Of a stretch of DNA of 64,000 nt, positions 20,300 to 29,704 are shown in pieces. The notes beneath the pieces were generated by a model that searched no databases, had not been told where the DNA came from, and worked only from the letters and a program-made list of their open reading frames with translations. How positions within the stretch are numbered: position 1 is the first letter of the stretch; every line of letters begins with the position of its first letter. Both the position numbers and the translations under genes were made by a program. Source of the DNA: a candidate division WOR-3 bacterium (GTDB lineage: Bacteria > Hydrothermota > Tepidihabitantia > SM23-42); contig DRIG01000023.1 of NCBI GenBank assembly GCA_011052815.1, positions 466-64,465 of the forward strand, written 5' to 3'.

Positions 20300-20787
20300 C
20301 GCCGTCCTCTCTTTGACAGCAGGTCGTTCAGAAAAATCAGTGCTTCCTTACAGGCGTTTTTTCTGACTGTGTTACGGTTTCCCTTGAACAGAAATTTCTT
20401 TACAGAACATCTTCCACCTATTGCAATACCGATGTAAACAAGTCCGACTGGTTTATCTTTCGTACCGCCGGTCGGTCCGGCGATTCCTGTAATACCGACT
20501 CCAATCTTTGATTTCAACCTTCGCCGCCCCCCTCTTGCCATCTCTTCCGCCGTCTCAGCGCTCACCGCACCGAATTTCCGTAAAACAGTTCTTCGTACTC
20601 CAACGACCTTTTCTTTTATCAAATTGGAATATGCAATCACCCCGCCCTGAAAATATCTTGAGCTTCCCGGAACAGCCGTAATAATACTTCCCAGCATACC
20701 GCCGGTGCAGGATTCGCAGATACCGAGTGTTAATCTCTTCGAAATGAGCTTTTTACCGACCCGCTCTGATAACTCGTTTATATTCAT
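20296..20787 (-). CDS. pncC: CinA C-terminal domain protein (NMN deamidase)
   Basis: ESCTGG, GAVSAETA, ITGIAGPTGG. Confidence 0.9.
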   Translation of the reverse strand: MNINELSERVGKKLISKRLTLGICESCTGGMLGSIITAVPGSSRYFQGGVIAYSNLIKEKVVGVRRTVLRKFGAVSAETAEEMARGGRRRLKSKIGVGITGIAGPTGGTKDKPVGLVYIGIAIGGRCSVKKFLFKGNRNTVRKNACKEALIFLNDLLSKRGRR

Positions 20788-21230
20788 ATCCGGATGAACA
20801 ATCTTAAAATCACGACGATTACCGTGGTATAAACCGCCGCTCCGAAATCATCAAACATTATCCCCCATCCTCCGGGCGCTTTTTCCAGCCGTCTTAAAGG
20901 TGGAGGTTTAATTATATCAAAAATTCTGAAGAGGATAAAGCTCAGCACCAGAGGCAAAAATCTTCGGGGCGTGAAATAGAGAGGAATAAGAAAACAGGCG
21001 TACTCATCAATGACAATCATACGGGGATCCCGTCCCCATTCTCCGGTAAGGCTGTCGGAGAGAATTACACCTGCAAAAAGAAAGACAGCGGTGACCGCGA
21101 TATAAATAATCTTATAGGGAAACAGAAAGTACCAGATTATTATACTTATTGCGCAGGAAAATGTGGCTGGAGCTATGGGGATGTATCCTGTATAAAACCC
21201 CGTCGCGACTATCTTCTTAAAAAAATCTAT
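20784..21230 (-). CDS. pgpA: Phosphatidylglycerophosphatase A
   Basis: Frame extends upstream of the track ORF: KKIVATGFYTGYIPIAPATF...DPRMIVIDE...FRIFDIIKP...DD; no ATG/GTG/TTG near the expected start, so the start is approximate. Confidence 0.85.
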   Translation of the reverse strand: MDFFKKIVATGFYTGYIPIAPATFSCAISIIIWYFLFPYKIIYIAVTAVFLFAGVILSDSLTGEWGRDPRMIVIDEYACFLIPLYFTPRRFLPLVLSFILFRIFDIIKPPPLRRLEKAPGGWGIMFDDFGAAVYTTVIVVILRLFIRI

Positions 21231-22126
21231 TTTTTCTTCTTTGGAAATTTCTCTTCCCAGACTGAAACGATATTAGCCACGATAAATATCGATGAATAAG
21301 TACCGATCAGGAATCCGACGAGCAGAGTAAAGGCGAAATCAGCAATGACCGCACCACCGAAGATCAACAGTGCGAGGACGGCAAGTAAAGTCGTGCCTAC
21401 GGTCAGTACTGTCCTTGAAAGAACCTCATTCAGACCGGTGTTCAACACGGTATTATACGGCTCTTTGCGCATCTTCTTGTATTTTTCCCTTATCCTGTCG
21501 GAGATGACGATCGAATCATTTATGGAATAACCGATTATGGTCAGAAGCGCACCGACGATTACGATTGAAAACTCCTTCTGGGTGAGAACGAGAACACCGA
21601 TGGTGATTATTGCGTCATGGAACAGAGCGATGACCGCCGCAGTGCCGAAACGATAGTCGAATCTGAAAGAGACATAAATGAGAATCAAAACCAATGCGAC
21701 GATGATCGACCAGAGTGTTTTAACAAGTAATTCCTTTCCTATCTTCGGTTCAACCGTCTCTTCCCGCAGAAACTCACGTTTGTTGTCAGGAAAATCGGCG
21801 GCCAGAATCTCTTTGAGCGCCCTGGCGAATTCCACCGGGTTCTTTTCCGCAGCACGGATGATATATTCCCGATTCTCCGCCCCCAGCGATTGAATCATCG
21901 CATTTTCAGTCCCTAATTTTGCAAGAGAATTTCTTAAGTCGGCGGTGGAGATAGGTTTATCGAATTTTATCTGAAGAAGAACACCACCCGTGAAGTCGAT
22001 ACCGAAATTCGGACCCTTTATGAAGATAATTAGAACAGCTACAACAAGCAGAACAGCGGAAAAAATGAATCCAAACTTTCTTTTACCGATGAAATCAATA
22101 TTCGGATTTTTTATTATCTCTACCAT
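21227..22126 (-). CDS. secF: Protein translocase subunit SecF
   Basis: GIDFTGG, GYSINDSIVISDRIRE, GTYSSIF. Confidence 0.96.
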   Translation of the reverse strand: MVEIIKNPNIDFIGKRKFGFIFSAVLLVVAVLIIFIKGPNFGIDFTGGVLLQIKFDKPISTADLRNSLAKLGTENAMIQSLGAENREYIIRAAEKNPVEFARALKEILAADFPDNKREFLREETVEPKIGKELLVKTLWSIIVALVLILIYVSFRFDYRFGTAAVIALFHDAIITIGVLVLTQKEFSIVIVGALLTIIGYSINDSIVISDRIREKYKKMRKEPYNTVLNTGLNEVLSRTVLTVGTTLLAVLALLIFGGAVIADFAFTLLVGFLIGTYSSIFIVANIVSVWEEKFPKKKK

Positions 22127-22129
22127 CTT

Positions 22130-23647
22130 TCAGATCCTCAGTCTCTGTACTTCGAATTTATACACGAAATAATTGAATATCACCTTACTGACGAATACCG
22201 CGGAAAAGAGGTTGCTGATAAGACCGATAGTAAGTGTCAAGGCAAAACCTTTGATCGGACCGCTTCCGAAAAGAAAGAGTATGACACCGATGATTATCGT
22301 TGTGACATTGGAATCAAATATTGTAATCCAGGCACGTGCGAACCCCTGATCGATCGCCGTACGGGTGGTTTTCCCCACTTTTAACTCTTCGCGGATCCGT
22401 TCGAAGATTAAAACATTGGCGTCAACCGCCATACCGATGGTCAACGCGATACCCGCGATACCGGGCATGGTCAAACTGCCTCTGAATGCGCTCAGGATGG
22501 CGATCAAGAAAAAGAGGTTTAAAAAGAGGGCGATATCCGCGACAAAACCTGAAAACGAATAATATATCAGCATAAAGAGAATAACCAGGGCGCCGCCGAT
22601 CAGCACCGCCCGAATACCGCTCTCAATTGAATCCCGACCAAGACTTGGACCCACTGTCCTTTCCTCAACGATCTTCAATGGGGCGGGAAGGGCACCTGCC
22701 CTGAGTACAATCGCTAAATCCCTTGCCTGTTCAGCCGTGAATGTGCCTGTAATCACCGCACGCCCATGAGGTATTCTTTCCTGGATAAAAGGAGCTGACT
22801 GCACCACATTATCAAGGATGATCGCCAGACGTTTATTTATATTCTTACCCGTAATTGACGCAAATTTTCTTGCGGCTTCTCTTTTGAATTCAAGACTTAT
22901 CTGCCAGGAACCCAGATGTTGAAGATCACGACCTGAGCTCGGTTGATGGCGTGCGTCACGGATCGCCTCACCGGTAAGTTCGGCTTTCTTCTTCATCAGA
23001 TAAATTTTCTTAACCTCTCTACCCTGAACGACTTCTTTCGGTCCGAACAGAAACTCTAAGTCTTCGGGTATAACCTCCTGTGCCTTTGCGAGCAACGCCT
23101 TCACCGAATCTTCATCGCGGACATCTATACCGATATCCACTCTGTCCACACCGATGAGATAAGAAGAAAAAGGTTCCTCAAAAGCGAGTGAATCTTCCCC
23201 CTGTAAGAATTTATCCATCTTCTCGATAACCTGTTCTTTCTGGTCGTCGGCTACAATCCTGAATTCAAGGTGGGCGACCTTTTCAATAAGGCTTACCGCG
23301 CGATCACGGTCAACGCCTGGAAGTTGAACAAGTATCCTTCCTCCTGACTGTTTCTCTACCACGGGCTCATAAACACCGAATTCATCAATTCGATTCTTTA
23401 TGATTTCAAAGGCTCGATCCCTTAAATCCTGAGGATTTTCCTTGATGCCCGTGGTATCCAGTTCCAGAACAAGATGCATTCCACCCTTAAGGTCGAGTCC
23501 CAGATGTATCGCCCTTTTCGACAGGGCGATTTCATCACTCTTTGACAGATTTTTATCTGTATATAATCGGACCGTGGGGTAGATTGCATAAATACCGAGG
23601 AGAATTACAAAAATTACAATCCCTATTCTTATCCCAATATTTCTCAT
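22130..23647 (-). CDS. secD: Protein translocase subunit SecD
   Basis: LGLDLKGG, LRAGALPAP, GMAVDANVLIFERIREE. Confidence 0.97.
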   Translation of the reverse strand: MRNIGIRIGIVIFVILLGIYAIYPTVRLYTDKNLSKSDEIALSKRAIHLGLDLKGGMHLVLELDTTGIKENPQDLRDRAFEIIKNRIDEFGVYEPVVEKQSGGRILVQLPGVDRDRAVSLIEKVAHLEFRIVADDQKEQVIEKMDKFLQGEDSLAFEEPFSSYLIGVDRVDIGIDVRDEDSVKALLAKAQEVIPEDLEFLFGPKEVVQGREVKKIYLMKKKAELTGEAIRDARHQPSSGRDLQHLGSWQISLEFKREAARKFASITGKNINKRLAIILDNVVQSAPFIQERIPHGRAVITGTFTAEQARDLAIVLRAGALPAPLKIVEERTVGPSLGRDSIESGIRAVLIGGALVILFMLIYYSFSGFVADIALFLNLFFLIAILSAFRGSLTMPGIAGIALTIGMAVDANVLIFERIREELKVGKTTRTAIDQGFARAWITIFDSNVTTIIIGVILFLFGSGPIKGFALTLTIGLISNLFSAVFVSKVIFNYFVYKFEVQRLRI

Positions 23648-24360
23648 CTTGCTCCTTTTATAAGTCTGACCATCTCGTTTGTCGCCTGTCTCAATCCCAC
23701 AAAGACAGCCCGTGCAACAATTGCGAAACCTATCGAATAACCGGTTATTTCAGAAACGGTCAACAACGGTTGAATATTCCGATAATCAAGGCCGTGACCG
23801 GCGTGAACCATCAGATTCTCGCGTTTTCCCGCTTTGGCAACGCGGGCGATCCTTATCAACTCATTCCTGATCTCTCTGGTCTTCAACCTTGAATATTCAC
23901 TGGTATTGATTTCGATATACTGTGCACCGATTCTTGCAGCCTCTTTTACCTGTTCGATATCAGGGTCAACAAAGATACCGACTGTAATACCATGTTCTTT
24001 TAAATTGGAGATAAAAAGTTTTAAATCCTCTTTGATATTAAGAAGATTCAGACCACCCTGGGTTGTAACCTCACCGGGTGACTCAGGGACAAGGGTTATG
24101 TAATCCGGCTTAATCCTCGCCGCCAGTTCCGCCATTTCCCGATCAACCGCCATTTCCAGTGTCACCTCGGTCTTGATGATCTTCTTTATTAATTCCAGAT
24201 CGCGTTCTTTAATATGACGTCGGTCGCCGCGCAGATGCACTGTAACACCATCAGCACCGCCGAGTTCCGCTTCAACGGCGGCGTACACCGGATCCGGAAT
24301 ATTTTCTTTCCGTGCCTCTCTTAAAGTTGCAATATGGTCGACATTAACTGAAAGTTCCAT
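23644..24360 (-). CDS. pdxJ: Pyridoxine 5'-phosphate synthase
   Basis: VNVDHIATLREAR, HLRGDRRHI, AGHGL; leaderless promoter TTGACA-N16-TATAAT at 24366-24393. Confidence 0.96.
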   Translation of the reverse strand: MELSVNVDHIATLREARKENIPDPVYAAVEAELGGADGVTVHLRGDRRHIKERDLELIKKIIKTEVTLEMAVDREMAELAARIKPDYITLVPESPGEVTTQGGLNLLNIKEDLKLFISNLKEHGITVGIFVDPDIEQVKEAARIGAQYIEINTSEYSRLKTREIRNELIRIARVAKAGKRENLMVHAGHGLDYRNIQPLLTVSEITGYSIGFAIVARAVFVGLRQATNEMVRLIKGAR

Positions 24361-24412
24361 TCGCTATTATAGTCAAAATGTCTTTAATGTCAACCATAAA
24401 TAAGTAATAAAT

Positions 24413-24441
24413 ACGAAAGGCGGGCTGTGCCCGCCTTTCGT
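24413..24441 (-). terminator. Intrinsic terminator hairpin
   Basis: ACGAAAGGCGGGC-TGT-GCCCGCCTTTCGT perfect 13-bp stem just after the stop at 24460. Confidence 0.75.
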
Positions 24442-24459
24442 AAAAATCCGCACCGGTTC

Positions 24460-26226
24460 TCAGTGTAGAACAATAAAAGTCCGACTGATCGTCTCACCGT
24501 TCAAATCAAGAACAGCGAAATAGGTTCCGTTTGCAAGGCTGTTTGTCTCCATATTCACACTGTAAGTTCCACGGGTCTTCTGCCCGGTACCAAAATCTTT
24601 CACCACCCTGCCCGATGCATCGAACACCTTCAAGGAAACCGCTGTTTCTTTTGTCAAAGTGTAATTGATCAAGGCATTATGCTGGACAGGATTAGGAAGG
24701 ACAACCATGCTCATCATATCCGGTACTTCTGTCTTATGTTCCTGGATACCAAACGTCGGCATAACCCAGCAACGCACCGGATTCTCAGTCACGGTACCTT
24801 CATTCTGCGGTACTCCACCGGCGTCCTTATCCTCGATATAGGTCAAGAAGATACTGTCATTAACCACATAAGGACAGGCGGTCATATAATCTTCATCATC
24901 ACAGGCACCGGCACCAGCACCGGGAGAACGGGTATTGGTCAGATTCACATAATCCGACCACGTGGCTCCGCCGTCGAATGAGACCGAACCGAAAAATTCA
25001 CCGTTGAAGAAACCAGCGGCAGAACCGTCATTATAATCGTCATTACCCTGCCACAGACAATAAAGGGTGTTGTCAGTCAGATCAACGACAAGTTGAGGCT
25101 GGTCTGCCGGCAATCTCCAACCTCCGGGCTGAGGACTGGATGCCGTCGCGATCCACCAACCGCCGGGTTCTGTATAATAAGTGCTCGGGCTGTTCACGAC
25201 CGTGATATTTCCTGATACCTCATCCCAGTGGAAAATCTTTGAGGCGACATAATAACCACCGGCGTCGACCTTGCGGCCGCTCCATACAATATGCAGATTG
25301 TCATTTGCATCAAAGATCGCATTAACATCTGTATAGGCGCGTACTGTGTCAGCCGGTTGATAATCGGTCACATTGACCGGTGCTCCCCAGGTCGCACCGC
25401 CGTCGGTCGAAAGCATATACCAGATATTGTTGTCAAGCTGGCCGCTGGCGATTGAATCCGTGATGAATTTTGTCCAGCACACAACAACTTTTTGTGAACC
25501 GGAATTCCTTGAAGCACGTACAAACTGGGAAATTGTAGCACAGGAATCAATACTTGCAACCGTGGTCCAGGAACTACCCCCATCAGTGGTCACATCAACA
25601 TAAATATGATTATCTCCGGGCACGGGATAGCCGTGGGAAACAAGGATGATATTATTGTTTCCCGCAAGTGCAACATAAGGCCAGATATGATCGGCGATCT
25701 GCGGCGACACAGGATTATTGGGCCAGATGCCCCAGAGATTTCCACCGTCGATGTCAACCCACGAATAATAACCCGTACCGGGATCAAAGTGATATGCGAT
25801 GGCGGTTCTCTGATTATCGGGATTGGCGTCCTGTGTCACATCAAGCTGTACATAACCGCTCCAGGAATTTGATGCCTGAGTCTCTCCATAATACGAACCG
25901 TCTGAAAAACGGGCGTTCCAGGCGCAATATCTCATTGTCTGCCCTGGATAATCCTGCCACATCCAGTCGATGTGCGCCTGTCCATAATCATCAACTACAA
26001 ACCTCTGACCGAAACCACCGTTTGCCTGATAATCATAGGCGGTTGTGCCGATCTGATCACCGGGACCACGACCGCCGAGATACGGAATAATTTCCTTTGC
26101 AATCAATGGTTCGTTTCCGACAATACCCCGGCATGGCTGAGTATCTGCCTTCTTGATCGTCAGTGAAAAACCGGCGGTAACGATCAAAACGATGGGCAAT
26201 AGCATATACATCTTCACACTTCTCAT
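24460..26226 (-). CDS. Secreted BNR/Asp-box repeat protein with T9SS-like CTD
   Basis: Signal peptide; Asp-boxes TTDGGSSW, STDGGATW, SFDGGATW; PNPV...VFDASGRVV...LANGTYF. Confidence 0.82.
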   Translation of the reverse strand: MRSVKMYMLLPIVLIVTAGFSLTIKKADTQPCRGIVGNEPLIAKEIIPYLGGRGPGDQIGTTAYDYQANGGFGQRFVVDDYGQAHIDWMWQDYPGQTMRYCAWNARFSDGSYYGETQASNSWSGYVQLDVTQDANPDNQRTAIAYHFDPGTGYYSWVDIDGGNLWGIWPNNPVSPQIADHIWPYVALAGNNNIILVSHGYPVPGDNHIYVDVTTDGGSSWTTVASIDSCATISQFVRASRNSGSQKVVVCWTKFITDSIASGQLDNNIWYMLSTDGGATWGAPVNVTDYQPADTVRAYTDVNAIFDANDNLHIVWSGRKVDAGGYYVASKIFHWDEVSGNITVVNSPSTYYTEPGGWWIATASSPQPGGWRLPADQPQLVVDLTDNTLYCLWQGNDDYNDGSAAGFFNGEFFGSVSFDGGATWSDYVNLTNTRSPGAGAGACDDEDYMTACPYVVNDSIFLTYIEDKDAGGVPQNEGTVTENPVRCWVMPTFGIQEHKTEVPDMMSMVVLPNPVQHNALINYTLTKETAVSLKVFDASGRVVKDFGTGQKTRGTYSVNMETNSLANGTYFAVLDLNGETISRTFIVLH

Positions 26227-26321
26227 TCTTCCTCCTTTCAGATTGTTCTGCTTCCTAAATTAGATTATAGTAAAAATATTTATGGTGTCAAGAAGTTCTG
26301 ATGTAAAAATGAATATATCTT

Positions 26322-29300
26322 CTATTTAGATTTTCTGGCAAGCGCTTCTGCTTTTTTTCTATATGCCGCCGCAAGCTTTTTCTCACCGATCTCCTTCAAT
26401 ATCTCTGCATAGTTGTAATATGCATCCTGAAGCAATCTGATCCGTCCGAGGTCGACAAACAATTCATCGGCTTTTTCCATATACTCTTCGGCTTTCTTCA
26501 ATTTTCCTATACCGGCGTATAACTTCGCAAAATTCAAAGCACAATCCGCTTGCCCCGCCTTGTTACCTGTTCCCTGCGCCAAATCCCATGCGAGATTCAG
26601 GTACTCAAGTGCATTCTCAGGTCGTTCATGTTTCAAACGCTTTATTTCAGCGAGGTAATTATATGCTGTCGCCAACAACTGTTTGTTCCCTAATTCTTTA
26701 ATAATCTTTTCTGCACGCAATAGATGCTGTTCTGCTTTATCATATTCTTTAATTCTCAAATAGAGAATTGCGAGATTACCAAGGGCAGCACTGATGCTCG
26801 TTTTGTCACCTATGCTCTCAGCGATTTCCAAATATTTGTAAAAATACTTGCGTGCCATTTCGTATTCATCCGTGTTCAGGTAAAATATCGCCAGGTTGCT
26901 GTATGCAAATCCTTCACCGCGTCTGTCTCCGATCTCCAGACTAATTTGCAACGCCTTTCGATGAAAATCTAATACCTTTTCACCTTTCTCAAGATATGAA
27001 TACATAATTCCGAGGTTAGTATATGTACGGCCGATATTCTTTTTATCACCGATCTGTTCGAGAATCATCCTGCTCTGTTCATTCAATTCAATCGCCTTTT
27101 TATAATCACCTTTCATATGATATACAATCCCCAATAGATACATAACGTTTCCGATAACCTGTTTGTCATTCAACTCTTCAAGTAACACCCTACTCTGTTC
27201 ATATCTTTTAATAGCCTTATCGTAATCACCATGATTGCGGAATATGCCGGCCAGGCTGATATATGCCTTGGCCCTTATCTTTTTCACGCGTTCATCTTCA
27301 GAGATTCTCTCAATGATATTCAATGTTTTTTCGACTGATTTCCGGGCTTCTTCCATGGCCCCCTGGACTTCATACACGGCGCCACGCAGTAAATAGACCT
27401 CGGCCTGTTCAAGGAGGGCGTCGTCAGAGTCATCCGATAAAATTTCTAAACTTTTGTCCAGAAAATCTAACGCCTCAGTGAAGTTACTCTGGTGCCAATA
27501 AACTCTGGCTGTCTTTCGTTGCGCCCTGGCGCGCAAAATCAAATTTTCACTTTTATTAATTATTGATGCATAAGCATTAATCGCTGCCTCATATGCACCG
27601 CGTATTGCATTAACATCTCCCAATGCTTCATATGCTCTCACCTGTATCATTTTATCTTGTGTACTGACTTCAGGAAATCTGTTAAAGAGAGAAATAACTT
27701 TTTCAAAATATTTAACCGCCTCTTTATTGGCATACTGCTCTTTGGCACGAAAACCTGCTTTCTCCAACCAGACGATAGCCTTCTCTTTTTCATCGCTGTT
27801 TGCATAATGGAGGGCAAGAAAATCAGTGAATTCATCAAGACGGTCAACTAATATCTCTTCCATGATTTCTGCTATTTGACCATGTAATTCCCGTCGTTCT
27901 TTTTTCGGTAGACTGTTGTAAACGACTTCCCGAACCAATGGGTGTTTAAAAGTATACTCCAGCTGCGGTTCCTTTGTTAATAAACGAATATATTCCAGTT
28001 CTTCAAGGGTCGCCAGATGAACACTCATCATCAAACTATCGATTCCTGTTAAACATTCGAGTAAATGCACCAGAAAATTCCTTCCGATGACAGCCGCTTT
28101 CTGGAGTATCACTTTAAGATTAGGTTCAAGGTTGTCAATTCGAGTAGCGATGATTTCCTGAATCGAATCAGGTATCCAATCAATATCGAGATCATCACTC
28201 GCTTTCCAGGTGCCGGATTCACGAATCAGAAGACCTCTGTCAATAAGTGAACGAATAATCTCCTCAAGGAAAAGCGGATTCCCCTCTGCTTTATCAAGGA
28301 TCTTTCTCTGTACCTCTTCAGAAAGTCCGGAAACCTTAAGTAGATTATCTGTAAGCTGCTGACTTACTTCATCGCTGAGTACATGCAGTTCAATTTCAGT
28401 AAAATCACTCCCCAATCTTTTGCGAAAAAACTCCTTCACTTCATATCCATGCGTTTCCTTCGTGAAACGGGAAAGACACAACAGAAGTATTGGTTCGTTC
28501 TCGGTGGTATCAAAGATGAACTTAAGAAAATCAAGTGAGGCATCATCTATCCAGTGGTAATCTTCAATGATCACAAGAAGCGGCGTCTTTTTCGCCGCCA
28601 TATGCAGCAGAATCTTCAAAGCGACAAACATCTGCAGATTCAACCCCTCAGCATCGAGATGTTTGACCTTCTCGCTGAATTCTTTAGGCAAAGGAATTGA
28701 AAGTAAATATAGAATGTAAGGCACAACTTCTTGATCTTTGTGGGGAAGAAGTTTTTTACATACACTCAGAACTTTCTGTTTAATGATATCCATCGTATCC
28801 TTATCCGAAATATGAAAAAGTTGCTTTATGATTTGCAGAATGGGATGATAAGTGATCATCTCGCCGTATGAAAGGCAGCGTCCTTCAATAATCTTTACAG
28901 GTATAGTTTCGGAAATAATCCGCCTTTTTAGTTCGTTGTAAAGTCGTGACTTCCCGATACCCGCTTCACCGAGGACAAAGACAACACCCCCCTTTTTCTG
29001 CTGATAAAGAAGCTGCGCCTTATTATGGAGTAGCGCCAGCTCTTTATCCCTACCGACCATAACCGACTCAAATCCTTCGATACCCCGCTTGGGATCTGCT
29101 TTATCCTTTATCTTCAGAGGCCTGAATATCTGAACCGGTCTACTGATACCCTTCACATGAATCGGCTTCAGGGGTTGGTATTCAAATAGGTAACGCGTCT
29201 GCCGAAAGACCCGCCCGGAAACCAATATTTCCCGATCATCCGCTGCATCCATAAGACGCGAGGCCATATTGACTGCCTCACCGATGATAGTATATTCTTT

Positions 29301-29702
29301 TTTTTCTCTGGAGCCAATAGTACCGGCGAATACCGTTCCGAGATTTATACCTATATGGAGCCCGAGATCACAATCGGCCTTCAGCTTCATTCCCAATGCC
29401 TTATTGATCTCTGGAATGCGCTCCATCATTTCCAGAGCCGTTTTCACTCCCCGTTCAGGGTCATCTTCATGTGCCTGAGGTAAACCAAATACCGCTAGAA
29501 CGGAATCACCTTCATACTTGTGAATCGTCCCACCGTATTTAGAGATAATACGATTGAGGATCTCAAAACAAATATTAAGTGCTTCATTAAGTTCTTCGGG
29601 ATCAAGATTTTCAGAAAGAGCGGTAAAACCAGAAAGGTCCGCAAAAAGGATTGTAACCAGACGGCGCTCTTTCTGGCATTCGTTATGGAGCGAATTTTTC
29701 AT
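26322..29702 (-). CDS. Class III adenylate/guanylate cyclase - STAND ATPase - TPR protein
   Basis: LFADLSGFT, HKYEGD, GEAVNMASRL; Walker A GEAGIGKS; EDYHWID; GNPLFLEE; many TPRs. Confidence 0.92.
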   Translation of the reverse strand: MKNSLHNECQKERRLVTILFADLSGFTALSENLDPEELNEALNICFEILNRIISKYGGTIHKYEGDSVLAVFGLPQAHEDDPERGVKTALEMMERIPEINKALGMKLKADCDLGLHIGINLGTVFAGTIGSREKKEYTIIGEAVNMASRLMDAADDREILVSGRVFRQTRYLFEYQPLKPIHVKGISRPVQIFRPLKIKDKADPKRGIEGFESVMVGRDKELALLHNKAQLLYQQKKGGVVFVLGEAGIGKSRLYNELKRRIISETIPVKIIEGRCLSYGEMITYHPILQIIKQLFHISDKDTMDIIKQKVLSVCKKLLPHKDQEVVPYILYLLSIPLPKEFSEKVKHLDAEGLNLQMFVALKILLHMAAKKTPLLVIIEDYHWIDDASLDFLKFIFDTTENEPILLLCLSRFTKETHGYEVKEFFRKRLGSDFTEIELHVLSDEVSQQLTDNLLKVSGLSEEVQRKILDKAEGNPLFLEEIIRSLIDRGLLIRESGTWKASDDLDIDWIPDSIQEIIATRIDNLEPNLKVILQKAAVIGRNFLVHLLECLTGIDSLMMSVHLATLEELEYIRLLTKEPQLEYTFKHPLVREVVYNSLPKKERRELHGQIAEIMEEILVDRLDEFTDFLALHYANSDEKEKAIVWLEKAGFRAKEQYANKEAVKYFEKVISLFNRFPEVSTQDKMIQVRAYEALGDVNAIRGAYEAAINAYASIINKSENLILRARAQRKTARVYWHQSNFTEALDFLDKSLEILSDDSDDALLEQAEVYLLRGAVYEVQGAMEEARKSVEKTLNIIERISEDERVKKIRAKAYISLAGIFRNHGDYDKAIKRYEQSRVLLEELNDKQVIGNVMYLLGIVYHMKGDYKKAIELNEQSRMILEQIGDKKNIGRTYTNLGIMYSYLEKGEKVLDFHRKALQISLEIGDRRGEGFAYSNLAIFYLNTDEYEMARKYFYKYLEIAESIGDKTSISAALGNLAILYLRIKEYDKAEQHLLRAEKIIKELGNKQLLATAYNYLAEIKRLKHERPENALEYLNLAWDLAQGTGNKAGQADCALNFAKLYAGIGKLKKAEEYMEKADELFVDLGRIRLLQDAYYNYAEILKEIGEKKLAAAYRKKAEALARKSK

Positions 29703-29704
29703 AA

